Shown here one piece after another: positions 38,140 to 50,614 of a stretch of DNA of 60,000 nucleotides. Each line of letters starts with the position of its first letter. Positions within the stretch are counted from its first letter, which is position 1. A program made the translations under genes and the position numbers. Location of the stretch: the NCBI RefSeq assembly GCF_963921235.1, contig NC_086108.1, positions 37,512,001-37,572,000 of the forward strand, written 5' to 3'. This stretch comes from Mobula hypostoma (lineage: Eukaryota). The notes beneath the pieces were generated by a model that did not search any database, was not told the DNA's origin, and saw only the letters and a program-made list of their open reading frames with translations.

Positions 38140-39005
38140 ACATTGATCCATTTGTCCCTCCCCATTCATCTCCCTCCTGGCACTTATCCTTGCAAGCAAA
38201 ACAAGTGCTACACCTGCCCCTAAACCTCCTCCCTCACTATTATTCAGGGCCTCATACAGTCCTTCCAGGTGAGGCAACACTTCATCTGTGAGTCTTTTGG
38301 GGTCATCTAGTGTATCCAGTGCTCGCGGTGTGGCCTCTTGTGTATCAGTGAGACCCACTGTAGAGAGGGAGACCGCTCCAACAAGCACCTATGCTCTGCC
38401 GGCCAGAAAAAGCAGGATCGCCCAGTGGTCACCCATTTTAATTCCACTTCCCATTCCCATTCCGACATGTCAGTCCAGGGCCTCCTCTACTGCCATGATG
38501 AGACCACCCTCAGGTTGGAGGAGCAACACTTCATATTTTATCTGGGTAGTCTCCAATCTGATGGCATGAACATCAATTTCTCAAACTTCCAGTAATGTCC
38601 CCGCTTCACCATTCCTCCTTCCTAGTTCCCTCTCTCACCTTATCTCCTTACCTGCTCATCACCTCCCTCTGGTTCTCCTCCCCATTTTCTTTCTTCCATG
38701 GCCTTCTGTCCTCTCCTATCAGGTTCACCCTTCTCCAGTCCTCTTTCTCGTTCACCAATCAACTTCCCAGCTCTTTCCTTCACCCCTCCTCCCAATTCCA
38801 CTTATCACATTGTGTTTCTCCCTCCCCTCCCCCACCTTCTAATCTGACTCCTCATCTTTTTCTCTCCAGTCCTGATGAAGGATTTCGGCCCAAAACTTCA
38901 CTGTTTACTCTTTTCCACAGATGCTGCTTGGCCTGCTGAGTTCCTCCAGTATTTTGTGTGTGTTGCTTGGATTTCCAGCATCTGCAGATTTATCCTCGTT
39001 TGTGA
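38140..39005 (+). mobile_element. Penelope-like element 3' part (GIY-YIG and terminal repeat)
   Basis: VTHFNSTSHSHSDM..GLLYCHDETTLRLEEQHFIFYLGSLQSDGMNINF; cagtcctgatgaagg at ~38867. Confidence 0.88.
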
Positions 39006-39869
39006 TTGAACCGTTCTGATTTTGTCCCATTGAAGATACATTGGGGAAGACAGAAGACAAATGTTCCTGCTATTAGCACATTGTTGAACGTTTATCCTCT
39101 TAATGCACAGCTCTGGACAGGTTTGTATTGTCACTTAACCTTCTGGTTAGCTGCATATCATGGAGCCATCCTTCAGCACTGTAACAAAAGGGGAATATTC
39201 TGGGTGTCTGCCGTTTGTACTCAGAGGTTTTGGGACCCCAGTATTGAATACTCAAAGTGATTCTGCTTGTTGGTATGTGCTGCCATTGTAAATATATAAT
39301 TCTTTAAATTTACCTGACTAGATTCTAAATGATAAAGCTAAGAAGGAGATCACAGCAATTGAAACTGCAGTTAATCATTTATTTTTTTTTAAAGTAGAAA
39401 ACGTTCTATCAGAAGAGTGACATTCTCTTGGACTTTCTATCCTGAAGGTTTGCTGTGTAAATGCAGAATTTTATATTTCCCATTTGCAGCTTTCATGTGG
39501 GTCAGAGTTAGTCAGTTGCAACATTATGGTGAAGCTATCGGCACTCACCATGATAATGGGAAGAAATCTGACAGCAACTCCTGGAAAATGCACATGCAGA
39601 GTTAAACAGGGAAATACAAAAACTCTCAGCGCTTATCTGTTCCAACAGGAGTGACATTTTGCAGTCTTCTCCAGTGAACTGATAAGCACTCTGAAAAACT
39701 AAGCACAGGAAATATACAATTCAAGCCACTTTTTTAATGCCAATTTCACATTCAGTATAGCATTTTGCATCTTTTGACGTGTATACATCCATTTCCTGTT
39801 ATAAGGTGCTGTCCTATGAGGAATTGGAGCAGCACTTTTTGTCATAATTGCCATAAATATAGACTCATA

Positions 39870-41265
39870 TCATAGAAATCTACAGCGCATTATAGGCCCT
39901 TTGGCCCACAATATTGTGCTGACCATGTAACATATTCTAGAAACTGCCTAGAATTTCCCTACCACATAGTCCTCAATTTTTCTAAGCGCCATGTCCTATC
40001 TAAGAGTCTTTTAAAAGACCCTATTGTTTTTGCCTCTACTACTTTCGCTGGCAGTGCATTCCACGCACCTACTACTCTCTGTGAAAAACTTACCTCTGAC
40101 ATTCCCTTGTACCTACTTCCAAGCACCTTAAAACTATGACTCCTCGTGTTAGCCATTTCAGCCCTGGGAAAAAGCCTCTGGCTATCCACATGATCAATGC
40201 TTCTTATCATCTTACACACCTCTATCACGTCACCTCTCATCCTCTGTCACTCCAAGGAGAAAAGGCCAAGTTCACTCAACCAATTTTCATAAGGCACGCT
40301 CTCCAATCCAGGCAAACATCCTTGTAAATCCCTGTAAATTTCCTCTGCACCCTTATCTGGGTTGAACTCTATCTGCCACTTCTCAGCCCAGTGCTGCATC
40401 CTATCAATGTCTCACTGTCTCACTGTAACCTCTGACAATCCTCCAGACTATCCACAACATCCTCAACTTTTGTGTCATCAGCAAACTTACTAACCCAACC
40501 TTCTACTTCCTTATCCAGGTCATTTATAAAAATCACAAAAAGGAGGGGTCCCAGAACAGATCTCTGCAGAACACCATTGGTCACCATCCTCCATGCAGAA
40601 TAAGAACCATCCACAACTACCCTTTGCCTTCTGTGAACAAGCCAATTCTGGATCCCCAAAGCAAGGTGTCCTTGGATCCCATGCCTCATTACTTTCTGAA
40701 TGGTCCTCGCATGTGGAACCTTATCAAATGCCTTACTGAAATCCAAATACACTACATTCGCTGCTCTACCTTCATCAATGTGTTTTGTTACATCCTCAGA
40801 GAATTCAATCAGGTTTGTAAGGCATGACCTGCCCTTGACAAAGCCATGCTGACTATCCCTAATCAGATTATGTCTCTCCAAATGCTCATAAATCCTGCCT
40901 CTCAGGATCTTCTCCAACAACTTGCCCACTATTGAAGTAGAATTACTGGTCTACAACTTCCTGGGTTATCTCTACTCCCTTTCTTGAACAAGAGAACAAC
41001 GTTTGCAACCGTCCAATCCTCTGGTACGTCTCCTGTCCCTATTGATGATGCAAAGATCATCACTAGAGGCTCAGCAATCTCCTCCCTCGCTTCCCTCAGT
41101 AGCCTGGAGTATATCTCGTACAGTCCCAGTGACTTAGCTAACTTAATCCCTTTCAAAAGCTCCAGCACATCCTCTTTCTTAATATCTATACACTCAAGCG
41201 TTTCAGTCTGCTGCAAGGTCATCCCACAACTGCCAAGGTCCTTTTCACTGTTGAATACTGATATT
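39870..41265 (-). mobile_element. CR1 LINE fragment with internal deletion
   Basis: QHGFVKGRSCLTNL, YLDFSKAFDKV, KFADDTK; 3' tail at ~39870. Confidence 0.92.
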
Positions 41266-41284
41266 TGCAATATGTGTATTTGCC

Positions 41285-42138
41285 AGTGAACAACATGACC
41301 AAGGCGACGTCCTTCAGACGATTTGTGAAACTACTTCTTTCACTTATTTTACTTCTCTTTCTTTCAGATGTGGTTCTACTACCGTTGGAGCCTGTGATCT
41401 ACATTTTGTTGGTACGTTTTCAGGCCGTTTGGGCAATCTGGCATTTTGCTGTCACTGAGGGATTTGGTGAAGCTTTGAGCAAAGTGTGAGGTCTAAAGGC
41501 CAGGAAGCCTGGAGAGGGGGCATGAGCCATGATCAACTCACTAACTAAAATGCTGAGAAAGATTGAAATCAATGACAATGAGAGTAAAGGCAGACGGGTG
41601 TTCAGCGCTGTCTACCTACATGTGACCGGTCTGTCTCTCTCTCGCCCACTGCTCCCGGAGGAAAGAGCCTACATAGAAATGCAGTCTCTCTCTCTCTCTC
41701 CCTCCCTCTCGCTTTATGCTGTCAAAGCATGGTGCCAGAGTCTTTGATCTTAGACAAAGTTTAATCGATGCATTTTGTGGATTGGACTCTGCAGTTCATG
41801 TTATGATGTGTTTCTGGTCGCTCCATTTTTTCGCTATTTTGTGCAATTTTGTTCAGGGCAGACTGTGGCCTGCAGAAAATGAATGGCACAGCACTAGATT
41901 GAACGAACTGAATATGACTGGACTCTTTCGGTGACTTTGTGAGTTGTGTTTTATATTCTGTGATTTTTCATTGTTTGCACGATTTGGTGTTTTTTTGTGC
42001 ATTGAGGATTTGATGTTTTTCTTTGAACGGATTCCATGGATTTCTTTGTTTTGTGGCTGCCTGTGGGATGACAAATCTCAGGGTTGTATTCTGTATACAT
42101 ACTTCGAAAATAAATGTATCTTGAGTCTTTGAATCTTT
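41285..42138 (+). mobile_element. Unclassified non-coding retroelement with (TTGAATC)-like tail
   Basis: Ends aataaatgtatcttgagtctttgaatctttgaa; 3' part resembles 46430-47245. Confidence 0.5.
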
Positions 42139-42252
42139 GAAGTAAAGGCTTGTCAATGTATGCAACACCCTTCAATTATCATCAAAAAGAAGATCACAAC
42201 CTTTTTAACTTGAAATAAAATGTTTTATAATTGGTGTCACTCATTTAAGTAC

Positions 42253-42584
42253 TGTGCGGTTATATCTCAAATGTCTCAGTCTATGGCCCTGATGATGTCA
42301 CTGGCTAGCTGGCACGGCCCCTTTAAAAATTCAGGCCCGCCCCACTAATTGGCAGCCATGTTTTCGCACCAGGATTTTAATATTGAAGGAGCACCTGGAC
42401 TGTGGTTCAGTGCTCAACCTTCAGCTCAACTTTGGATTCTCACCTAACGTCTAGTTTAGAAGCTTGTCTCTGTTTCAGTCTTGTATCATGTCTCGATTCT
42501 AGTCTCAAATAATCCCACTCATGTTTGCTGACTATCCTCGCCTAGGTCTTTTGTCATAGTGTGATTGAGTCTCACAATAACACA
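42253..42584 (+). mobile_element. Candidate LTR of Gypsy element
   Basis: tgtg...caca termini, tttaaaa TATA-like motif, directly upstream of pol remnants. Confidence 0.45.
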
Positions 42585-42589
42585 ATGGG

Positions 42590-43770
42590 GTGTCAGATCC
42601 TCTCGTCAGCAGAAAGTTCATCAGAAACTTCAGCTCAGTGGCAGCTCCGCTGACAGCAGGAACTAATAGATCCATGGGCCCTTTTGTTTGGACTAACAAA
42701 GCGGAGGCTGTGTTTGCGGAGCTCAAACAGCGGTTCACAACAGCTCCCATTTTGGTTTCACCTTACCTGGGCCTTACCTTCATCATGGAGGCGAGCACCT
42801 CAGACTTTGGAGTGGGTCTGGCTATCCCTGCAGAGGTGAACTATGGCAACAGAAATAGAGAGCTGCTTGCAGTCAAATTGGTTTTGGAGGAATGGCATTA
42901 CTGGCTTGAGGAGGCTAAGAACCTTTTTGTGTATGGACAGACCACAAGAACCTGGTTTATATTCAGGAGGCCAATAGACTGTATTCTAGTAGGCCAGGTG
43001 GTCTCTTTTCTGTAACCACTTCAGTTTCGTCCTGATCTATTAACCAGGGTCAAAGATTCAGAAACCGGATACCTTGTCTTATCAGTTCGACGAAGTCGAA
43101 AGACAGCAGCACCCTACCACTATTTTGCCCCAAGCAAAGGTGATGGTGCCAACTCATTGGGGATTGATGCATTTGCTCGTAAGGCCCAGGCACAAGGGGA
43201 GATTCCCAAGAGCAGTCCTCTGGGTCGTCTGTTTATCCCAGGTTCCATCAGGTCTCAGGCACTTCAGTGGGGCCACACATCGAGAATGACCACTCACCTG
43301 GGGATTGCCAGGACCCTCGGGTTCATCACGAGAAGATACTGGTGGCCTGGAAAGGCGAGAGGGCTTTGACAATATGTCCAGGCGTGCAAGGAATCCTGCA
43401 CCCAACCTCAAGGGCCCTTTCACCCTCCACCTGGTCATTTGATGTGGGCAGAGGTTACCCACAACATTTTGTAGTATTCTGCATATGGGTCTTCTTTGCT
43501 GCTCTTCCCTGAGCAGAAGGCTGAGGTTGGGGTTCCTGCAGCCAAAGATCTCGTCTGACACTGCAAGGAGAAATGGACTAGGGCAAGGGAGATTTTGTTG
43601 GTCTCTACCCGGAAGGCTGAAATAAAGGCTAAACGCAAGAGAAGACATTGACCAGCTTTGCAGCCTTGGCGACATAGCTGGCTGTCTACTGAGGATTCAT
43701 CTCCCCGAGGGGAATCTAGGAAGAAGATGCTCCAGGAGATCTTCGCCTTCAGTATCTCCACAATCATTAG
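42590..43770 (+). mobile_element. Ty3/Gypsy (sushi-like) pol remnant: RT connection/RNase H and integrase Zn-finger region
   Basis: RKFIRNFSSVAAPLT, FTTAPIL, NYGNRNRELLAVKLVLEEWHYWLE, HTSRMTTHLGIARTLGFITRRYWWP. Confidence 0.85.
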
Positions 43771-43799
43771 GGTTGGGAGTTGTTGTTGTTACCATCACA

Positions 43800-44455
43800 G
43801 TCCTCCCGATACTGGACGGCCTTAGCAGGAACGGCTGCAGCTTTGGACATTCAGCCTACAGGGGATCTGCTTCTCCACAGTAGTAGCAGCAACCTCTACT
43901 CCACCACCGGGACCTCTCATTGGTGAAGAGTCTTGTGTAGCCTACTTGCATAGGCTCAAGAGGATCCTGGGCTGGACAATATCTGAGGTAGGCAGTGGAA
44001 CTGTGATGCGTTGAGGCTGGACTTGGGCTAGCCCTCTTTGACCTCTTGAGGTAGTCCCACTCTCGCTCCACCAGGCAATTATCAAAGCAGATTGACTGGT
44101 CAATCAGATCCTCTATGTCCTCTACCATCTCTCCCAAGGCAAGGACATCCTTTGGAGAGAGTCTGTGTTGGCACAGAATGGCCAAGGCCTCCCCATTCCA
44201 GCCACTGTCCTCGGCCAAAGTCCGAAATTCAATAACATAGATGGCTGGAAACCACCTATCCTGACACACCGTCATCCGAAGGTCCAAGGCTCTGCTTGCT
44301 TTGGTGGGATGATGAAACACCTTCCTCATGGCGTCCATGAATACGTCTGAATCCGAGCAAATCTCCGACCTCCACTCCCAATATGCAGTGGCTCAGGCCG
44401 AGCTTTCCTGGTCAGGAAAGAGATCATAAAGGCCACCTTTCTGTGTTCTGTAGGC
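43800..44455 (-). mobile_element. Sushi-like Gypsy gag remnant
   Basis: KVAFMISFLT, YVIEFRTLAEDSGWNGEAL, EPMQVG, CCYYCGEAD (degenerate CCHC knuckle). Confidence 0.85.
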
Positions 44456-45410
44456 CACTTGTCACATTCCCTCTTTTCTCTATCTCTATTTTCCTCGATA
44501 CATCTACCATTTAACATGGTTGCATCACCAAATCCCATAGTGCCCATTTTCCCATATCATAGTGAGAACTCTCTTCCCAGCAATCACTGTGCAAATGACA
44601 TGGCAGATGGCCGTTCAGTCAACTATATAACATAGAACAGTACTGCAGAGGAACAGGTCCATTGGCCCATGATGTTGTGCTGAACTAATTAAACCAGTAA
44701 TTTAAATACTTAATGAAACTGGTCCCTTTTGCCTACCCTGTGTTCATATCTAGCCATTTCCTGCACATTCATGTGCCTATCTAAAAGTCTCATGAATACC
44801 TCTATCATATTTGCTTCCACCACCGCTCCAACAACACATTCCGGGCACCATCACATTCTGCACAAAGAGCTGGCCTGCACATCCCCTTTGAACTTAAATG
44901 TATGCCATCTTGTGTTTGACATTTCGACCCTGTTAAAAAGATAACCAGCTGTCTACTTTAACCATGCCTCTCAAACCTTATGAACCTCTATGACATCTCC
45001 CCTCAGCCTTTGCTAATCCAGAAAAAAAAACAACCAAGTTTGTCCAAATTCCTCTTCTAGTACATGCTCTCTAATCCAAGAAGCATTCTGGTAAACCTCT
45101 TCAGTATCGTATCCAAAGCCTCCACAGCCTTCCTGTGATAGGACAACCACAACTGAATGCAATATTCCAGATGCATCCTAGCTCGAGTTTTATAAAACTG
45201 CAACATAACTTCCTGACTATTGAACTCAATGCCTCCACTGATAAAGGGAATCATGTTATTTGCCTTCTTTACCAACCTATCAACATGTGAGGCTGCATTC
45301 AGTGAGCTATGGACGGGCTCCAAGATCTCCCAAGATGCAGCACCTCCTATTCGGCCAGATTAAACTTCATCTGCCATTTTCCTGCCCACATCTGTCACTG
45401 TATCCTTTGG

Positions 45411-45934
45411 TGTCTCCAGGGAGGGGTAGCACCTCTGGTGAAGGGGCTTGTCGTGCCCATTCTAGGACAACTCACTCACCTTTGGTCCCCACCAGACACT
45501 CAGCCGTCACTTGTAGCTCCATGTAGCTGTTTGTATGTGACAGCAGCCCCACTCCTATACACCACTCCCACACGCACGGGCTAAACCATTCGACGGTAGC
45601 TAGCAGTCTCCTACCTCAGTGAGATAGGGAAATGTCCCTTCCAGCATGTAAAACCAGCTCCAGCAGGCCAGGTGGATGAGATCTACAATGAGATCCAATA
45701 GCCAGAAAGACAGTGCTGCAATGCTTTGCGCAGAGTTAAGGGCATGGTAAGGCACAGAAGATGTCATGGTCATCCACTGCAACCAAGGAAGACTCCAGTT
45801 TGCAACCCTTGTTCATACCACTGGACCTGCACTTGAGGTCAAGAGAGTGGAACTGCCCCAGTGCAAAGAGTTTTTTATATTTAGAAAACTCTCTCACACA
45901 GGTTTCCTGTCACCGGACACAATGGACAGCCACC
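45411..45934. mobile_element. Unclassified 524-bp insertion
   Basis: 9-bp TSD atcctttgg at 45402-45410 and 45935-45943; structured left end. Confidence 0.7.
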
Positions 45935-46224
45935 ATCCTTTGGCAATGTTCTACACTATCCACAACACACTTATCTTTCTGTCATTCGTGAATTTACTAA
46001 TCCACCCATCTACAGTTTCATCCAGCCCATTGATATGCATCACAAACAGGAGAGGCTTCAGAATGATCCCTGCAGAACACCATTAGTCATACACCTTCAG
46101 TCAGAAGTCCCAATAATCACTATCCAATGTCTCCATGGGCAAGCCATTTCTAAATCCAAACAGCTAATTCACCATGGATCCCATGAAGAACATTATCAAA
46201 TGCCTTATTAAAATCCATGTAGAC

Positions 46225-46350
46225 CAGTGGTCCCCAACCTCCGGGCCACAAAGCATGCAGGGGTGTGCAGCGGTATCTGGAGCGTACCCAGCACATCTTT
46301 AAGGAAAAAGCCGAAATAAACAAGCTAATTAATTAGGTGCTACCCAGCAT
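46225..46350 (+). mobile_element. hAT-like MITE terminal fragment
   Basis: cagtggtccccaacctccgggccac is a Charlie-type terminus; only one end visible. Confidence 0.45.
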
Positions 46351-46429
46351 GTAATTAATTTCATCAATTAACTTTGTCACCTCCCCTAAAACCACAATTA
46401 AATTATTAAGATAATGCTCCAGTTTAAGC

Positions 46430-47245
46430 TGATACTAGCAGCGGTGACTTGCTGGCGGCAAACAAAACTACTATCCACGTAATTAATCACATTTTTTCTC
46501 AAAAACAATCACTGCAATCAATAGCCTGTAACTTCCTTCTCCTGAGTTGAACTTTTGAACTGCATGTACAACCTGGCACTTCTGTTGTGTGAACTGAAAT
46601 CTCAGAGATGTAAGAGGGTTGTGGTGTGGTATGTATGCAGTGAATTGAGGTGGCAGAGCCTGGGTCTGAGAGTGGGAGGCTAGCCAATGTCTGACTATTT
46701 CTGGAGCAGATCTGGAGGCAATTCGAATGGGAGAACTGAGACTAGGCTAGGTGAGGCGAGGCAGAGGCGAGGGACTGGGGTCCGGGCCTGAGTGCATATC
46801 AAAGCAGCAAAGCATGTGCCCCAGAACAAGGAATGACCTGCTGTTTGGCTGATTTAAGTGCCAGGCCTGACTGAAAAAGTCAGGGTGTCATTGCTAGAGA
46901 AGAGGATGGGCTGGTGTTCAGCTCACTACCCATGAAGCTTGCTCTCTCTGTGCTGAACTGAGGCTGTAGCCTGCAATTAAATGGTAACCTAAATGAGTTG
47001 CAGTGATGACTGGCTTCCTGGATTCACTTCTGTGAACTTCAGTGCTGAATGTTATTTCCTAACTTTTATTGTTTTGCACGGTTTGGTTTTTTTTTCTGCA
47101 CATTGGGTGTTTGACGGTATTTTTCTGTAAATTGGTTTCATAGGGGTTGTCTGCTTTGTTTTGTGGCTGCCTGCAAGAAGATAAATCTCAAGGCTGTATA
47201 TAGTATACATGCTTGGATAATAATTATACTTTTAATTTTTGAACC
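46430..47245 (+). mobile_element. Unclassified non-coding retroelement
   Basis: 3' end ttgtggctgcctgcaagaagataaatctcaaggctgtat...ttgaac, shared with 41285-42138. Confidence 0.5.
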
Positions 47246-47344
47246 CTGCACAAAGACATGCTGATTACCCGAATCAAGCATGGTTTTCCAAATGCTCATA
47301 ATCTAATTCCTAAGAATTCTCTCCAGTAGTTTTCCTATCAATGA

Positions 47345-50300
47345 GATAGGAAGAAAAATCAAAGATGTCCTGAAGGGAGAATTTAGAGATCTAGGCAGAA
47401 AGCTGAGAAGCAGGACCTCCAGGATGGTAATTTCCGGATTTCTGCCTGTGCCACGCACCAGTGAGAATAGAAACAAGATGATTTGGCAGATTAATGCATG
47501 GCTGAGAAGCTGGTGCAGGGGGTAGGACTTTATTGTTCTTGGATCAGTGGGATCTCTTCTGGGGGAGGTACTACCTGTACAAAAGTAATGAGTTGCACAT
47601 GAACCTGAAGGGGGACCAATATTCTTGTAGGCAGGTTTGTTAGAGCTATTGAGGAGAGTTTAAACTAATTTGGCATGGCGGTGGGAATCGGAGTGAAGGG
47701 ACTCAGGATAGGACAACTGATAAAAAAGCAAAGATAATGTGCAATCATAAAAAGTAGGCAGATAATCGGACAAAATTGCAGCCAGCAAAGTGAGCATCAC
47801 TGTATTGGGGATGCAGAATCAAAAAGGGTATCAAATACAGTGCTCAAAATGTTTTATCTCAATGCACGGAGTATAAGAAATAAGATGGATGATCTTATTG
47901 CACTATTACAGATAGTCAGGTATAATGAATTGTGGCTGAAGGATGGTTGTAGTTGGGAGCTGAATGTCCAAGGTTACATGTTGTATCAGAGGAATAGGAA
48001 GGTAGGCAGAGGGGGAGGTGTGGCTCTACTGGTAAAGAATGGCATCAAATCAGTAGAAAGATGTGACATAAGATCGGAACATATTGAATCCTTGTGGGTT
48101 GAGTTTAGAAACTGTAAGGGAAAAAGGACGTTGATGGCAGTTATATACAGGCCTCCCAGCAGTGGCTGGGAGGTGGACCACAAGCTATAACAGGAAATAG
48201 AAAAGGTGAGTCAAAAGGGTAATGTTATGGTAGTCATGCAGGTCGATTGGGAAAGTCAGGTTGGAAATGGATCTTGAGCATGAGTTTGTTGAATGCCTCT
48301 GAGATGGCTTTTTAGAGCAGTTTGTTGTTGAACCTACTAGGGGATCACCTGTACTGGATTGGGTGTTATGTAATGAACTGGAAGCGGTTAGGGAGTTGAA
48401 GGTAAAATAACGCTTAGGATGCAGTGAGCACAATATGGTTGAGTTCAGCTTTAAACTTGACAGGGAGAAAGTAAAGCCAGACATAGCAGTGTTTCAGTGG
48501 AGTAAAGGAAATTACAGTGGTATGACAGAGGTGTTAGCCAAAGCAAATTGGAAAGAGATGCTGGCAGGGGTGACAACAAAGTGCAGGATAGTTGTATTCT
48601 AATAATTAAAAAATATTCAGATGGCAAAATAGTACAATCGTGGCTGACAAGGGAAGTCAGAGCTATTGTAAAAGCAAAAGAGAGGGCATACAATAAAGCA
48701 AAAATTAGTGGGAAAGATAGAGGATTGGGAAGCTTTTAAAAACCTACAGAGAGCAAATGAAGGAACCTTAGGAGGGAAAAGATGAAGTATGAAAGCAATC
48801 TAGCAAGCAATATCAAAGCCGATAGTGAAACCTTTTCCAAGTATGTAAAAAAAAAGAGATCAGAATGGATATAGGACCGCTAGGAAAGAAGGCTGGATTA
48901 ATAATAAAGGGGAGAAGGAGATAGTAGATGAAGTGATTGAGTATTTTGCATCAGTCTTCACTGTGGAAGACACTAGCAGTGTGCTAGATGTTGAAGAGTA
49001 TGAGGGAAGAGAAGAGAGTGCAGTTACTATTACAAGGGAGAAGGTGTTCAAAAAGCTGAAAGACCTGACGGTGCAGGGTTCTGAAAGAAGTAGCTGTAGA
49101 GATTGTGGAGGTATTAGTAATGATATTTCAAAAACGGCTGGACTCTGGCATGGTGCTAGAAAATTGCAGATGTTACTCCACACTTTAAGAGAGGAGGAAG
49201 GCAGCAGAAAGGAAATTATAGACAAGTTAGCTTGATCTCAGTGGTTGGAAAGATGTTGGAGTCAATTTTTAAGGAGGAGATTATGGAAAACTTGGTGACA
49301 CAGGACAAGATAGGAAGAGTCAGCATGGTTTCCTCAAGGGAAAATGTTGCCTGATGAACCTGTTGGAATTCTTTGAGGAGATTACAAGTAGGATAGATAA
49401 AGGGGATGCAGTGGATGATGTGTATTTGGACTTCCAGAAGGCCTTTGACAAGGTGCCACACATGAGGCTGCTTACCAAGTTAAGAGCCATGGTACTACAG
49501 GAAAATTACTGGCATGGTTAGATCATTGGCTAATTGGTAGGAGGCAGTGAGTGGGAATAAACGGATCTTTTTCTGATTGACTACCAATGACTATTGGTAT
49601 TCCGCAGGAGTTGGTGTTGGGACAGCTTTTTATGCTGTATATCAATGATTTAGATGATGGAATAGGTGACTTTGTTGCCAAGTTTGCAGATGATGGAGGG
49701 GCAGGTGGTGATGAGGAAACAGTCTGGCTGCAGAAGGACTTAGACAGATTAGGAGAATGGGCAAGAAAGTGGCAAATGAAATTCTGTACAATGTTGGAAA
49801 ATACTTGGTCATGCACTTTGGTAGTAGAAATAAATGTGCAGACAATTTTTTTTAAACAAGGAGAAAATCCAAAAATCTGAGATGCAAAGGGACTTGGGAG
49901 TTTTTGTGCAGGACACCCTAAAGGTTAACTTGCAGGTTGAGTCAGTGGTGTGGAAGGCAAATACCATGTTAGCATTCATTTCAGGACGTCTAGAATACAA
50001 GAGCAAGGTTATAATGCTGAGGCTTTTTAAGGCACAGGTAAGGCCTCACCTTGCCTATTTTTAACAGGTTTGAGTTCTTTATCCAAGAAGAGATGTGCTG
50101 GCATTGGAGAGGGTTCAGAGGGGGTTCACAAGGATAATCCTGGGAATGATAGAGTTATCATACAAGGAATATTTGATGGATTTGGGTCTGTCCTCGCTGG
50201 AATTCAGAAGGATGGGGGGGGGGGAATCTCATTGAAACCTTTTGAATGTTGAAAGGCCCAGACAGAGTAGATGTGGAAAGGTTCTTTTCAATGGTAGGGG

Positions 50301-50612
50301 AGTGTAGGATACGAGGGCACATCCTCAGGATAGAGGGATGTCCATTTAAAACAGATGTGGAGAAATTTCTTTAGCCAGAGGGTGGTGAATTGGTGGAATT
50401 TATTACCACAGGCAGTTGTGGAGGCCAGGTCGTGTGTATACTTAAGGCAGAGATTGTTAGTTTCTTGATTGGACACAACATCAAAGGTTACGGGGGAGAA
50501 GGCCAGGGAGTGGGGCTGAGGAGGGGAAAAATAGATCAGCCATGATTGAATGGTGGAGCAGACTCGATGGGCCAACTGGCCTCATTCTGCTCTATGTCTT
50601 ATGGTCTTATGG
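47345..50612 (+). mobile_element. CR1 LINE with ORF1 esterase-like remnant and degenerate ORF2 (APE and RT)
   Basis: LRSRTSRMVISGFLPVP..INAWLRSWC (ORF1); YLNARSIRNK, GRGGGVALLV, IYRPP; YINDLD..KFADD; tail tcttatggtcttatgg. Confidence 0.92.
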
Positions 50613-50614
50613 AC

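Larger units (their letters stand above)
44625..46385 (-). mobile_element. Degenerate CR1 LINE with nested insertions
   Basis: LVKKANNM..MLQFYKT..HLEYCIQLW; 3' tail at ~44625. Confidence 0.8.

Noticed and set aside
43154..43675. 173-aa minus-strand ORF
   Set aside because: Antisense shadow of the Gypsy pol remnant
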